The position numbers and the translations under genes are program-made. From the NCBI GenBank assembly GCA_043824255.1, contig JBDRTG010000047.1, positions 64,001 to 128,000 of the forward strand: a stretch of DNA of 64,000 nt. Direction: 5' to 3'. Below the pieces are notes generated by a model. The model saw nothing but the letters and a program-made list of their open reading frames with translations, ran no database searches and was not told where the DNA came from. This document shows, piece by piece, positions 1 through 9,638 of the stretch. This stretch comes from a bacterium (GTDB taxonomy: Bacteria > JAHJDO01). The stretch's first letter is position 1. The number at the start of each line of letters is the position of its first letter.

Positions 1-1287
1 TGACCACGTTGTGTATGGCGTTCTGTCTGCTAGCTTTGGAAACCAGAGCTCATCTTTAAAATGTCTGAATGTGTGTTCCGTTGGCAGGTATGTTCCATCA
101 TGCCCAACTTCCTTTATTACATCAACTGCAAGTGTATCCTCATTTATTTCAAATCCCTTCCTTAATCTAAGCACTTGTCCTGCTATTTCGTTATCAATAA
201 CCGTCTGTTCGTAATTCGCACTTAATGCAAAATCAAGCATACCGCCAGTTAGACTCATACAGTCGCAACCTGCAAGTGCAGGTAGAATAAACGTCATCAT
301 TTTCTCATAAGACGCCTGCGCATCCGGCGCTTTTGAGTCAGTTGTCCCCATCATAATATTTGTCGGAAATTTATACCATTTGCCAAGCTGCGCAGCTGCC
401 GCGCCATAAAGGGCAGTTTCCGGTGTGCCAAATGAGTGAGAACCAACTGCCATATCCATTATACCTCCGTATGAGGGGGCATATATAATGGGACAACCTG
501 GTTTGATTATTTGAGCTAATATTACTGCTGACAGGGTTTCTGCATTTGCCTGAACTAAGGCGCCTGCAATTGTTACAGGGTGAGTTGAACCACAGAAAGG
601 CATAGGTAAAATCTCAAGTGGTATTTCTACCTTTGCTCCTTCCAGAATACCCCATATACTTCTTCCCCAGATAAGCGCGCTATCAGGACATATTGTAGTT
701 GCCCATGTCTTATTCTTTTTAAGTTTATCTGTTCCTCCCGATGCTGCGGATAGGATTTGGATAGTGTCCTGAGCTGTTTGTTTATCCAAAGCATACCAGC
801 AGCAGGATGGTTTTGACATATTACAAGCGGCATTTTGATCCCAGACTGCATGCATAACATTATGCGGAATCTCAGCCGGCTGAACAACACTGTTTCCAAT
901 ATAAAAATTATCAAGAGCATCCACTAATTTTGTGAACTTAACCATATCCTGAATGGTAGGCTTTCTCCTCTCGTATGTATCAGAATCTATGATATGGATT
1001 GGTAGAGAGCCTCCTCCCATGTATAGACTGTCACTACCAAAATCACAGTCATATTTTGAATCAATGCCCTTTCTTACAAACCTGCTGGGAACTTTTTTAA
1101 TATATTTCTCAACCTGTTCAGGCTTGAATTTGACTATTCCATCTTTACTTACAAAAAATCCAGCATCTGAGAATATAGCAAGTGCCTCTTTCAATGTGAA
1201 CTTCACGCCTAGATTTTTCATTATATCCAGTGTTGATCCATGAATTTTGTTGAGTTCGACTTCAGTCAGTATCTTATAATTTCTCAT
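1..1287 (-). CDS. Trimethylamine methyltransferase (MttB) superfamily protein, non-pyrrolysine; 3' end truncated by the window edge
   Basis: Manual translation from ATG at 1287: MRNYKILTEVELNKIHGSTLDIMKNLGVKF...GSTHPVTIAGALVQANAETLS...FGTPE...GTTDSKAPDAQASYEK...IDNEIAG. Open to position 1, so absent from the ORF track. Confidence 0.9.
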   Translation of the reverse strand, partial: MRNYKILTEVELNKIHGSTLDIMKNLGVKFTLKEALAIFSDAGFFVSKDGIVKFKPEQVEKYIKKVPSRFVRKGIDSKYDCDFGSDSLYMGGGSLPIHIIDSDTYERRKPTIQDMVKFTKLVDALDNFYIGNSVVQPAEIPHNVMHAVWDQNAACNMSKPSCCWYALDKQTAQDTIQILSAASGGTDKLKKNKTWATTICPDSALIWGRSIWGILEGAKVEIPLEILPMPFCGSTHPVTIAGALVQANAETLSAVILAQIIKPGCPIIYAPSYGGIMDMAVGSHSFGTPETALYGAAAAQLGKWYKFPTNIMMGTTDSKAPDAQASYEKMMTFILPALAGCDCMSLTGGMLDFALSANYEQTVIDNEIAGQVLRLRKGFEINEDTLAVDVIKEVGHDGTYLPTEHTFRHFKDELWFPKLADRTPYTTWS

Positions 1288-1298
1288 GTTGGCACCTT

Positions 1299-2324
1299 TT
1301 ATCTATTTATCCTTTGTTCTTTCCCACTCATAATTGCCTTATGTCCAGCCAGAATTATTTCAAGGCTTTTGTATGCATCCTTTAATCCATGCATCGGGTC
1401 TTTATCCTTCTCTATGTATTCTATTAAATTTTCTAGTTGAGCACCTGTTGGTTTTAATTCTCCCTTAACATTTATCATCTCATAATGGTCAGGATATGAG
1501 TAATACTCAATTAAATCTCCCTCTTCAGAATGTTCAAATCTATGACTCTTATATATCAGTCTTATCCTGCCTTTTGGTCCTATGAATTCCTTCTCGTTAA
1601 AATTTCTGAAATTATGTCCCCAACCCACTTCATAGGTTCCAACAGAACCGTCGTTAAATCTTATGGTTATTATGCCCCAATCATATTTATTCTTTGGAGT
1701 CTCTTTCTCAACTCTCAATCCTGCTCCTGTTACACTCGTTGCTTCTCTGCCGGTAAACCATCTCATTACATCTATATAATGACAACCGCAGTCTATTATT
1801 GGAGATGTGTCTTTTATTAATGCCTGGTCCTGTTCCCAATGAGGACGGGTAATTATATGTTCCGCTCCAGCCATCCTCATTATTATTGGCTTGCCAATAT
1901 ACCCATTCTCTATCATCTGAGCCATTTTTTGATATGACTTGTTATGCCTTAAAATATACCCTATTCTCATTTTTTTCTTTGTTTGGCTTACTGCTTTTAG
2001 CACTCTTTCTGCATCTTTTAAAGTTTTGGTAATAGGTTTCTCACACAGTATATGCTTACCTGCTTTCATACTGTTTATGGAAATCTCTGCATGGGACGAA
2101 GGCCATGTTGTAATAATGACAATATCCACTTCATCTCGCTGAATTAGCTTTTTATAATCTGTCTCCCAGATTCTTGCATTATATTTTTGAGCAGACTCTT
2201 TTGCTCGCTTAGAAACGATATCTGCAACACCAATTAATTCACATCTCTTATTCTCTGTAATTGCCTGCAAGTGTCTTTTACTTGTTGCCCCACAGCCAAT
2301 TAGAACTACACCGTATCTTTCCAT
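1299..2324 (-). CDS. Gfo/Idh/MocA family oxidoreductase
   Basis: N-terminal Rossmann motif IGCG, CEKP motif, DCGCHYID. Confidence 0.9.
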   Translation of the reverse strand: MERYGVVLIGCGATSKRHLQAITENKRCELIGVADIVSKRAKESAQKYNARIWETDYKKLIQRDEVDIVIITTWPSSHAEISINSMKAGKHILCEKPITKTLKDAERVLKAVSQTKKKMRIGYILRHNKSYQKMAQMIENGYIGKPIIMRMAGAEHIITRPHWEQDQALIKDTSPIIDCGCHYIDVMRWFTGREATSVTGAGLRVEKETPKNKYDWGIITIRFNDGSVGTYEVGWGHNFRNFNEKEFIGPKGRIRLIYKSHRFEHSEEGDLIEYYSYPDHYEMINVKGELKPTGAQLENLIEYIEKDKDPMHGLKDAYKSLEIILAGHKAIMSGKEQRINR

Positions 2325-2348
2325 TTTCTCTCCTATGCTCTAAAGTGA

Positions 2349-3086
2349 CTAATCAAGTTTTAATCTAAAGACGCGTTCTGCATTTTTATAAAGAATTTTT
2401 CCTTCATCATTATCAGAACGCTTTGCTTTTCTTAGTCTTTGTAATATCACGCTCGGATGGTGCAAAGGTATATCGGAGCCAAAAAGGATTTTATCTGCTC
2501 CAGCCAGTTCAATTATATGTTCAAGCTTGCCTGCTTCATAATTAACGGATATTTCCAGATAAAAATTCTTATATTTACTCGCTAATTCAGCCATTTCAAA
2601 AGAGGAGAATCCAGCATGTCCAGCAATAAGAACTAAATTTCTGTGTTTCTTTAGTACTTTCTTCAGTGTATTAGAGTTACATGTGCTATCACTTTCAGCT
2701 GAATGAGTCAAAATTGGAATATTCATTTCTTCACACATTGCCAGTACAGGTTCTGCTAATGACCCGCAAATAGGATAGTAATGCCTCGAAGGATGAAGTT
2801 TAACTCCAACATATGGTTTATTAGTAAAACTCTTTAATTCACTAATTGCTTCTTTCTTATACCACGGATTTACACATGCTAAGGGCAATATCTCTTTATG
2901 CTTTTTTGCAGCTAGCAGTATTTCGTTGTTACCCTCCTTACAATCATAGCAAATACTTTTTGCTGAGCTTGCTATCACATAATCTATTTTTTCTTCTTTG
3001 AGCATATCTACAATATCTTCTGCTTCGCTTCTGGCAAGAGGCCAAGGTGGAAACTTACCTATATGTCCGTGCGCATCAATAATCAT
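2349..3086 (-). CDS. Amidohydrolase-2 family metallohydrolase
   Basis: DAHGH, GVKLHP, HAG, LFGSDIP motifs. Start placed at MIID (3086), downstream of AGAAGGAG. Confidence 0.85.
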   Translation of the reverse strand: MIIDAHGHIGKFPPWPLARSEAEDIVDMLKEEKIDYVIASSAKSICYDCKEGNNEILLAAKKHKEILPLACVNPWYKKEAISELKSFTNKPYVGVKLHPSRHYYPICGSLAEPVLAMCEEMNIPILTHSAESDSTCNSNTLKKVLKKHRNLVLIAGHAGFSSFEMAELASKYKNFYLEISVNYEAGKLEHIIELAGADKILFGSDIPLHHPSVILQRLRKAKRSDNDEGKILYKNAERVFRLKLD

Positions 3087-3144
3087 TTTTCTCCTTCTAT
3101 TCACTTCAATTAAATCTGTTAAGTCAGTAATTTTAATATGTACC

Positions 3145-4206
3145 TTACGAAAGTGGCAATTTACCTTTTTCCTTTAATACTTCTGTCACAGTTTTCATAT
3201 ATCTTTGCCAGACACATGGAGTAAGGTTTTCTGTGTTACTGATAAGAAACCTATCACCAGGCACAGCATCTTTTAACAACTTTAGTGTATATACCCTGAT
3301 TTCTTTTGGTGTTTTCAAATGAAAAGAAGCAGGATAGTTAATCCATAACACTTTGTCTTTCCATAATCTTCTTGCTTCGGGAATCGATAGGTCACCATCC
3401 GGTGGCGGAGTAAACGCTTCAACTATATTTATACTAGAATCAGCAATAGCATGTTTGAGATGATTGAGCTTTCCATCCATGTGAACCGCCACAAGTTTTC
3501 CCTTTGGATGTAGATGAGAAGCCAACTCGTTATAACAGTTGACAACATATTTCTGAAAACGCTCAAGACCTATCATTTCACTGGTGATATTATCCCCATG
3601 CCAAATAACTTCAGCTGGTGATTCTGCAGCAATTTGATATAATTCTCGGTGTTTCTTAAACATAGTTTCATAAAGAGAGTTTATCAGTTCAGGATGTTCA
3701 TAAAAATCAACAGCGAATCTTTCAGGACCCATTAGCATTATAATCATTTCTTGCATTGGTGTATAAGGTAAGTTCCCTGCCACATAACCATCCTCTCCCA
3801 TATCTTTTTCTATTTCTAAGAACTCTTCGTAGTTTGGCTTATAAAAGGTATTTTGAATCATGAATTCAACTATCTTATAATCCTCTGCTTTTTTAATATA
3901 GAATTCAAAGCGAAGTTTTGTACCAAATCCTCCGCCTGTGCGTAATCTTTCCTCTACTTCTCCAACAGGAGTATGAATGAATTTTCGGATAAGCTGCTTC
4001 CCATTCTCCCAGTATTCTTCTTTACAAATTTTCACTTTATCCATGTAAGATTTATATATTGGAACTCTCCTGAGAAACCCTAAACCAGCATTGCGAAGTT
4101 CCCGTTCTGTCTCTCCTTGAGGAATATCCCCTGCGTATACAGTAAAAGGAACTATATCTGCCATCTCACCATGGAGACTTTTTATAATTCGCTCTCTAAT
4201 AGTCAT
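3145..4206 (-). CDS. Uroporphyrinogen decarboxylase / MtbA-CmuA methyltransferase-like TIM-barrel protein
   Basis: MTIRER start, LMGPERF, WHGDN, VHMDG, PPPDGD motifs typical of the UroD-like superfamily. Confidence 0.75.
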   Translation of the reverse strand: MTIRERIIKSLHGEMADIVPFTVYAGDIPQGETERELRNAGLGFLRRVPIYKSYMDKVKICKEEYWENGKQLIRKFIHTPVGEVEERLRTGGGFGTKLRFEFYIKKAEDYKIVEFMIQNTFYKPNYEEFLEIEKDMGEDGYVAGNLPYTPMQEMIIMLMGPERFAVDFYEHPELINSLYETMFKKHRELYQIAAESPAEVIWHGDNITSEMIGLERFQKYVVNCYNELASHLHPKGKLVAVHMDGKLNHLKHAIADSSINIVEAFTPPPDGDLSIPEARRLWKDKVLWINYPASFHLKTPKEIRVYTLKLLKDAVPGDRFLISNTENLTPCVWQRYMKTVTEVLKEKGKLPLS

Positions 4207-4218
4207 TCTATCTTTTCC

Positions 4219-4860
4219 TTATTTTTCTATTATAATTACCCTGCAAGGACAGGCACATATCTTTTCTATCTTGGGCGGCACTGCAATTAATTTTACTTGA
4301 GGCTTTGTAATCTTATCGAGGTTCACTAATGGAGCCAGAATTAATGCCCCTTTTCCAAAAAGCATGTTAACCAATCCTTCAGAATTCTGCGGATCATCAA
4401 AACACGGAATATCTCCGCCAATGATTGAAGGGTTTTTATCAAGCAACCATTCTATTGCTTCCTTTGTAAAATGAGGACTTTTTTCCACAAAATCTTTATG
4501 ATCCCACATTCTGTCCCAGCCAGTTCTTATAATTAAAGCTTTGTTTTTCTCAAGAGGGATATCCAAAGAAACAAGTTCATCTAATGTAATATGCTCAAGA
4601 GGATTCTTGTCTTTTAATTTAAACACAATAGCCTCTGTCATCATTCTCGTTAGAGGGATTTCAATTAAACTCGGTTGATTAGCTAATCTGTGTGCTCCAG
4701 TTTCTAAATATGTTCCTGAGATTGAACCTAAAAGCATACTAAAACTGCTGTCTCCGTCATCACTCAAATTAGATACTTCCTTGATTTCTACTTCAGGAAG
4801 AGGCGCACCATATGACCATATCCCATTTTTAATTGTGCCTGTTATATCTATGATTTTCAT
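4219..4860 (-). CDS. Cyclase family (kynurenine formamidase-like) protein with a degenerate metal motif
   Basis: IIDIT, IIRTGW, PCRV. The canonical HxGTHxD motif reads ISGTYLE. Confidence 0.75.
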   Translation of the reverse strand: MKIIDITGTIKNGIWSYGAPLPEVEIKEVSNLSDDGDSSFSMLLGSISGTYLETGAHRLANQPSLIEIPLTRMMTEAIVFKLKDKNPLEHITLDELVSLDIPLEKNKALIIRTGWDRMWDHKDFVEKSPHFTKEAIEWLLDKNPSIIGGDIPCFDDPQNSEGLVNMLFGKGALILAPLVNLDKITKPQVKLIAVPPKIEKICACPCRVIIIEK

Positions 4861-5894
4861 ATCTCTACCAATGCCTTCATAAAACCCTCTGGTTTTTCTA
4901 TCATCATATTAAATCCGTCCATGATATTATCCAATTTGATTCGTGCACTTATTAACGGTTTTACATCTATCTTGCCTGATGCGAGAATATCTAATGCACG
5001 AGAATATGTGTATGGATTAACCCACGAGCCCATAATTGTTAATTCTTTTGAAAGAATATCAAAAGGGACAAAACTTGCTTTTTCTCCCTCTGGTGCAAAA
5101 CCAAATATAAGTATTCTTCCTCCTCTTTTTGCTAAATCAAGTGCCTGCTCAATTGTTGAAGTATGACCAACTACTTCAACAACTACATCAGCACCCAAGC
5201 CTTCTGTTAAATCTAATACAGTTTTCTTAACATCTTCAGTTTCGGGATTGATAACGTGTTTTGCACCAAACCTTTTAGCCATCTGAATTCTCGAATCCTC
5301 TGGTTCTATAAGTATTACTTTACCGGCTCCAGAATGCAGGGCAAATTGCAAGTGAATTTGTCCCATTGGCCCTCCGCCTATTATAACCACATCATCTCCC
5401 GGTCTGTAGTCAATCCTGTCTACTCCATGAACTACACACGAGAGAGGCTCAGTAAATGCAGCTGATTCAAAATCAAGATCATCAGGAATCTTATAAACAC
5501 CTTTTTCTCCTGCTGTAGCATATTCCGCAAACCCGCCATCGCGCAATACACCGTAAGCTGCAAGATTGTTGCAAAAACAGGGTTGGGAATTCCTGCACCA
5601 ATAACACGCTCCACAGCTTTCATTTGGATCACTGACAACCCTGTCTCCAACCTTGAAATTCCTAACCTCTTTACCTGCTTCAACAATCTCTCCGGAATAT
5701 TCATGTCCCAGGACAACAGGCATTTTAGCTGTGTACTGTCCGTCATATAACTTCATATCAGTACCGCAAATACCGCAGACTTTTACCTTGATCAATACCT
5801 CGTTATCCTTCGGCTTGGGAACAGGAATATCCTTAACTATTATTTTTCTTATTGTTTCTAACACTGCTGCTTTCACCTTTTTTTCTCCTTTCAA
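4857..5894 (-). CDS. Zn-dependent medium-chain alcohol/polyol dehydrogenase
   Basis: CGICGTD, GHE, CGACYWC-x7-C, GGGPMG. Confidence 0.9.
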   Translation of the reverse strand: MKGEKKVKAAVLETIRKIIVKDIPVPKPKDNEVLIKVKVCGICGTDMKLYDGQYTAKMPVVLGHEYSGEIVEAGKEVRNFKVGDRVVSDPNESCGACYWCRNSQPCFCNNLAAYGVLRDGGFAEYATAGEKGVYKIPDDLDFESAAFTEPLSCVVHGVDRIDYRPGDDVVIIGGGPMGQIHLQFALHSGAGKVILIEPEDSRIQMAKRFGAKHVINPETEDVKKTVLDLTEGLGADVVVEVVGHTSTIEQALDLAKRGGRILIFGFAPEGEKASFVPFDILSKELTIMGSWVNPYTYSRALDILASGKIDVKPLISARIKLDNIMDGFNMMIEKPEGFMKALVEI

Positions 5895-6946
5895 TTACTC
5901 TTTAATTCCACTGGTTTACCTGAACGTGCTGATTCTTCGCAAGCTAAGATTAAGCAGGTATTTAGCAGCCCATCTTCACCACTAGTCAGCGGCTTTTTTC
6001 CATCGCGGATACATTCCACAAAATGATAGATGCTTTCCACAGCAAATCCGAGCTGACGTTCATGGATCTCTGGTGTAATAAACATATCTGGGAACGAAAC
6101 ATCCGGAAACCCGTGAGGGGTTTTGGGCGTATATTTGGCAAACGCACGATTATGTGTTGGATCTAGATTAATGACTCCTTTGGAGCCAATAATTTCACAT
6201 TTGTGGTCAATCAAGGATGGTGAAGACTGTGGCAGTACCCAGCTATTTTCAACAACTGCCGTTGCGCCGTTTGCAAAGTCAAGCATTGTAATATACATAT
6301 CAGCTGTAGAAATACCCATGCCTGTAAGTATGCCTTCCTTGCGCTGGCAATACACACGTACAGGACTATTTCCCATAAGCCAGCAAGTAGTATCCAGAGC
6401 ATGACTGCCGAGGAATAACATCACAGATGATTTCCCTGCCCATGGTAGCATTTTTGTCGGAACGTAGATTGTATCACTCAGCCGGTAATAGATATAGCTG
6501 ATATCGCCCAGTTCATTATTGCGAATTGCACACCATGCATAATAGAATGGAGGATTCCAACGATTATGCCAGTCAATCATCAAATATACATTAGCCGCTG
6601 AGGCTGCTTGTATCATACGCTTGCATTCCCCAACTGTCGTTGCAAGTGGTTTCTCAACCAGAATATGTATTCCTCTTTCTGCTGCTTTGATTGCAATATC
6701 TGCATGAGACGTATCTGGAGTAGCAATAGAGACACCATCTAAATCTTCCTCGAGCATATTTTCCACTCTGGTGTAATATCTGGGGATATTGAATTTTTTC
6801 ACTGCGTCTTGTGCACGTTCTTCATCTAAATCACAAACTGCGACTAGGTCTGCAGATGGATGCTGCATATAAGCACGTATGTGCATTCTCCCCCAGATAC
6901 CTGTTCCAATAACACCCAAGCGAACCCTTTTTGTTTTCATGATCAA
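5891..6946 (-). CDS. Gfo/Idh/MocA family oxidoreductase
   Basis: GVIGTGIWG, VEKP, GSHALD. Confidence 0.9.
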   Translation of the reverse strand: MIMKTKRVRLGVIGTGIWGRMHIRAYMQHPSADLVAVCDLDEERAQDAVKKFNIPRYYTRVENMLEEDLDGVSIATPDTSHADIAIKAAERGIHILVEKPLATTVGECKRMIQAASAANVYLMIDWHNRWNPPFYYAWCAIRNNELGDISYIYYRLSDTIYVPTKMLPWAGKSSVMLFLGSHALDTTCWLMGNSPVRVYCQRKEGILTGMGISTADMYITMLDFANGATAVVENSWVLPQSSPSLIDHKCEIIGSKGVINLDPTHNRAFAKYTPKTPHGFPDVSFPDMFITPEIHERQLGFAVESIYHFVECIRDGKKPLTSGEDGLLNTCLILACEESARSGKPVELKSN

Positions 6947-8271
6947 ATACCTTTCATTACTGTGAATACGTCGTCTACAACACGCAGGGTTCTCTCAACA
7001 TCCTCGTCAGTATGAGCTGCTGATAAGTACCATAACCCTTTCTCCGTTGGAAATATATGAACACCTCTATCGAGAAGTAGTTCTCTGAACATAAGATATT
7101 TTTCGCCTGTATCCCGGAAAGCATCTCGCATATCCCATATCTCTTGTTCATGAAAAGATACACAGAAAACTGCACCAGGTCCTTGAATACGCACTGTTTG
7201 ATTGTGTTTCTTTGCCAATTTGGTTATCTCTGCCATCATGTATCTTCCCATCTCATTAATACGTCTGATGATTGCACAGTTATCGCGCTTTAACTCATTC
7301 AGCACGGTCTTTGCTGCTATACAGCCTATAGCGTTGCCATTGAATGTACCTGCATGAACTACAAGACGTTCAGAGACTGGCTTCATAATCTCCTTGCTTG
7401 CACCGTAAGCAAAAATCGGAAATCCTCCACCAAGTGCCTTGTAACCGAGTGAAATATCAGGTGTAACACCCAAGAGTTCCTGTGCACCACCCAAAGCTGT
7501 TCTAATTCCTGTAATAGTTTCATCAAATATAAGCATTACATCATATTCTGTTGCAAGTTTTCTCAATCCTTCCAGATAACCTGGACGAGGCATAATAACA
7601 CCACAATTACTCATAATTGGTTCGGTAAGAATAGCTGCTATTTTACCATTGTGCATCTCGAGAGCTTTTTTTACATATTCCGGGTTATTCCATGGTAGAA
7701 TGACTACATCATCAAGTACACTTTTTGGAACTCCCTTTGAATAATTGTGTATAACGGGCTTTGGATTCTCACGCGTTCCGAAATCTTCGTTTTCATCCGG
7801 ATGGAAACTAAGAAAGATATTGTCCATCCAACCATGATAGTGACCTTCAAACTTAATAAATTTCTCTCGTCCAGTATAAGCACGTGCCAGACGTAATGCT
7901 GCCTGGACTGCTTCTGAACCAGTGTTGTTAAAATTCACCATTTCAAAGGATGGGATGATCTCAATAAGTAATTTGGAGACTTCTATTTGTAAGGGATGCG
8001 GTTCTCCAAATGCCGTGCCTTTATCTAACTGTGTCTTTATAGCATCATTGAGTACTTTTGGGCAATGTCCCAGAATTAACGGACCATAATTGAGAAGATA
8101 ATCAATATATTCTTTATCGTCTACATCATAAAGTTTACTTCCCGAACCATGCCTCATATACAATGGATGCGGTCTTGCAAAACTCTGAACTTGTGAGCCC
8201 ACACCCATAGCAAAAATCTTTTGTGCATCTTCATACATCTGTCTTGATTTAGGATATTCTTTCCACTGCAT
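6943..8271 (-). CDS. Class III PLP aminotransferase, glutamate-1-semialdehyde aminomutase-like paralogue
   Basis: YIDY-x3-YGPLILGH, GSEA, FEGHYHG, FDETITG, YKALGGG, HAGTFNGN. Confidence 0.85.
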   Translation of the reverse strand: MQWKEYPKSRQMYEDAQKIFAMGVGSQVQSFARPHPLYMRHGSGSKLYDVDDKEYIDYLLNYGPLILGHCPKVLNDAIKTQLDKGTAFGEPHPLQIEVSKLLIEIIPSFEMVNFNNTGSEAVQAALRLARAYTGREKFIKFEGHYHGWMDNIFLSFHPDENEDFGTRENPKPVIHNYSKGVPKSVLDDVVILPWNNPEYVKKALEMHNGKIAAILTEPIMSNCGVIMPRPGYLEGLRKLATEYDVMLIFDETITGIRTALGGAQELLGVTPDISLGYKALGGGFPIFAYGASKEIMKPVSERLVVHAGTFNGNAIGCIAAKTVLNELKRDNCAIIRRINEMGRYMMAEITKLAKKHNQTVRIQGPGAVFCVSFHEQEIWDMRDAFRDTGEKYLMFRELLLDRGVHIFPTEKGLWYLSAAHTDEDVERTLRVVDDVFTVMKGI

Positions 8272-8320
8272 TTTCGATTCCCCTTTGTTCCGTACGCTTC
8301 GTAGTTAACCTGCCAAAAAA

Positions 8321-9523
8321 TTATGGTGTATTAAATAAACCCTGTAAAATGAGGGTCGCTGCACCTTGAGCCCCCTTAATATTTTTAAAGTTTGACAAAT
8401 AGACTTCAACGTCTTGTGCCGGTTTCTGAAGAGATCTGTTTCTAACTGTTCTTTTCACAGTACCCAAAGCTATATCTCCTGCTTCTGCAAGTCTACCACC
8501 AATAATTATAACTTTAGGATTAAATATGTTAACAATGTTTGCAATACCTATTCCTAAATTAGTAGAGATTTCTTCAAGGATCTGAGAACATAATTTATCA
8601 CCTCTTTTAGCGTGTTCTATTATTGCTTCAGGTGTTATATCAATATCCCTAACATCTTTTAGAGATGTACTAACCCCTTTGTTTATAAGTTCTGTTATTT
8701 TGCTAATCATTGCATCATCAGAAGCCATTGCTTCCAGACATCCATAATTACCACACTTGCACAAGGGGCCTTTTATATCTATTGTAGTATGTCCAAGTTC
8801 TCCTGCACTATAACCTGTTCCAGAATATAGCTGGTTGTTTAATATGATACCCAAAGATACTCCTTCTCCTGTATCAACAAATAAAAAATCTTTTATGTTC
8901 CTTGCTCTTCCAAACCATTTTTCTGCTAAGGCAAGGCATCTTGTATCATTTTCTATTTTAACCTGAATATTGAATTCGTCTTCTAATATCTGTCCAAGAG
9001 GGATATCCCTGCACCATGCTTTACATATGGAAAAGCTCCATTCACCGGCAGCATTATCAACTAATCCGGGAATCGCTATTCCTATTCCCAAAACATTTTT
9101 CTTATTAATAGAAATCTCTTTTAGTAATCTATCAATTAGTTTTGTTAACTCTTTAATGAAGAAATTCTTATCTTTGCTAAAAGCATTTTTGACTTCCAAT
9201 TTTTCTTCAATATTACCTTCTAGGTCAACTAATGCACCTAAAATTTCATCATATCTTATATAAATTCCTAACACATATTTAGCTTTGGGATTTAATTTTA
9301 AGAGTACTGGCTTTCTTCCTCCACTGGATTCTCCTAGACCCTCCTCATGAACAAAATTTTCTTCCATTAATGAATTGATTATACTTATAACTGTTGCTGG
9401 CCTAACCTTTGTAATTCTAACAATATCTGCTTTTGAGACAGGACCTTTGCTTTTTATAAGATTCAAAATTATATTTTTGTTATGTTCAGCAAGGGAAATC
9501 TTTTGCAATTTAGTTGATCCCAT
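8321..9523 (-). CDS. ROK family transcriptional repressor (NagC/XylR-like)
   Basis: N-terminal HTH, SSGGRKP, END, GELGH and CKCGNYGCLE Zn motif. Confidence 0.92.
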   Translation of the reverse strand: MGSTKLQKISLAEHNKNIILNLIKSKGPVSKADIVRITKVRPATVISIINSLMEENFVHEEGLGESSGGRKPVLLKLNPKAKYVLGIYIRYDEILGALVDLEGNIEEKLEVKNAFSKDKNFFIKELTKLIDRLLKEISINKKNVLGIGIAIPGLVDNAAGEWSFSICKAWCRDIPLGQILEDEFNIQVKIENDTRCLALAEKWFGRARNIKDFLFVDTGEGVSLGIILNNQLYSGTGYSAGELGHTTIDIKGPLCKCGNYGCLEAMASDDAMISKITELINKGVSTSLKDVRDIDITPEAIIEHAKRGDKLCSQILEEISTNLGIGIANIVNIFNPKVIIIGGRLAEAGDIALGTVKRTVRNRSLQKPAQDVEVYLSNFKNIKGAQGAATLILQGLFNTP

Positions 9524-9553
9524 TATACATCCTTTTCTTACGTTCTGTACTAA

Positions 9554-9582
9554 AGTTTACAACATTAGAAAAAAGTTGTCAA
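9554..9582 (-). promoter_or_regulatory. Sigma70-type promoter for the ROK operon
   Basis: TTGACA (9582-9577), 17-bp spacer, TAAACT (9559-9554). Confidence 0.7.
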
Positions 9583-9638
9583 GAGAAATCCAGATAGATT
9601 ATGGGAAACCTGTCAAACCAAACTAGAAATGTCCTATT

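Noticed and set aside
1..1287. Pyrrolysine (amber) readthrough in the MttB homologue
   Set aside because: No in-frame TAG in the visible frame; the equivalent residue is Thr, and no pyl genes are visible.
3145..8271. HemL plus HemE as a tetrapyrrole biosynthesis operon
   Set aside because: The UroD-like protein lacks the RQAGR motif, no other hem genes are present, and the context is a ROK-regulated catabolic cluster.
8286..9550. Shared GTTCYGTAC motif upstream of the ROK gene and the aminotransferase as a ROK operator
   Set aside because: Only 9 bp, non-palindromic and seen twice; too weak to call.
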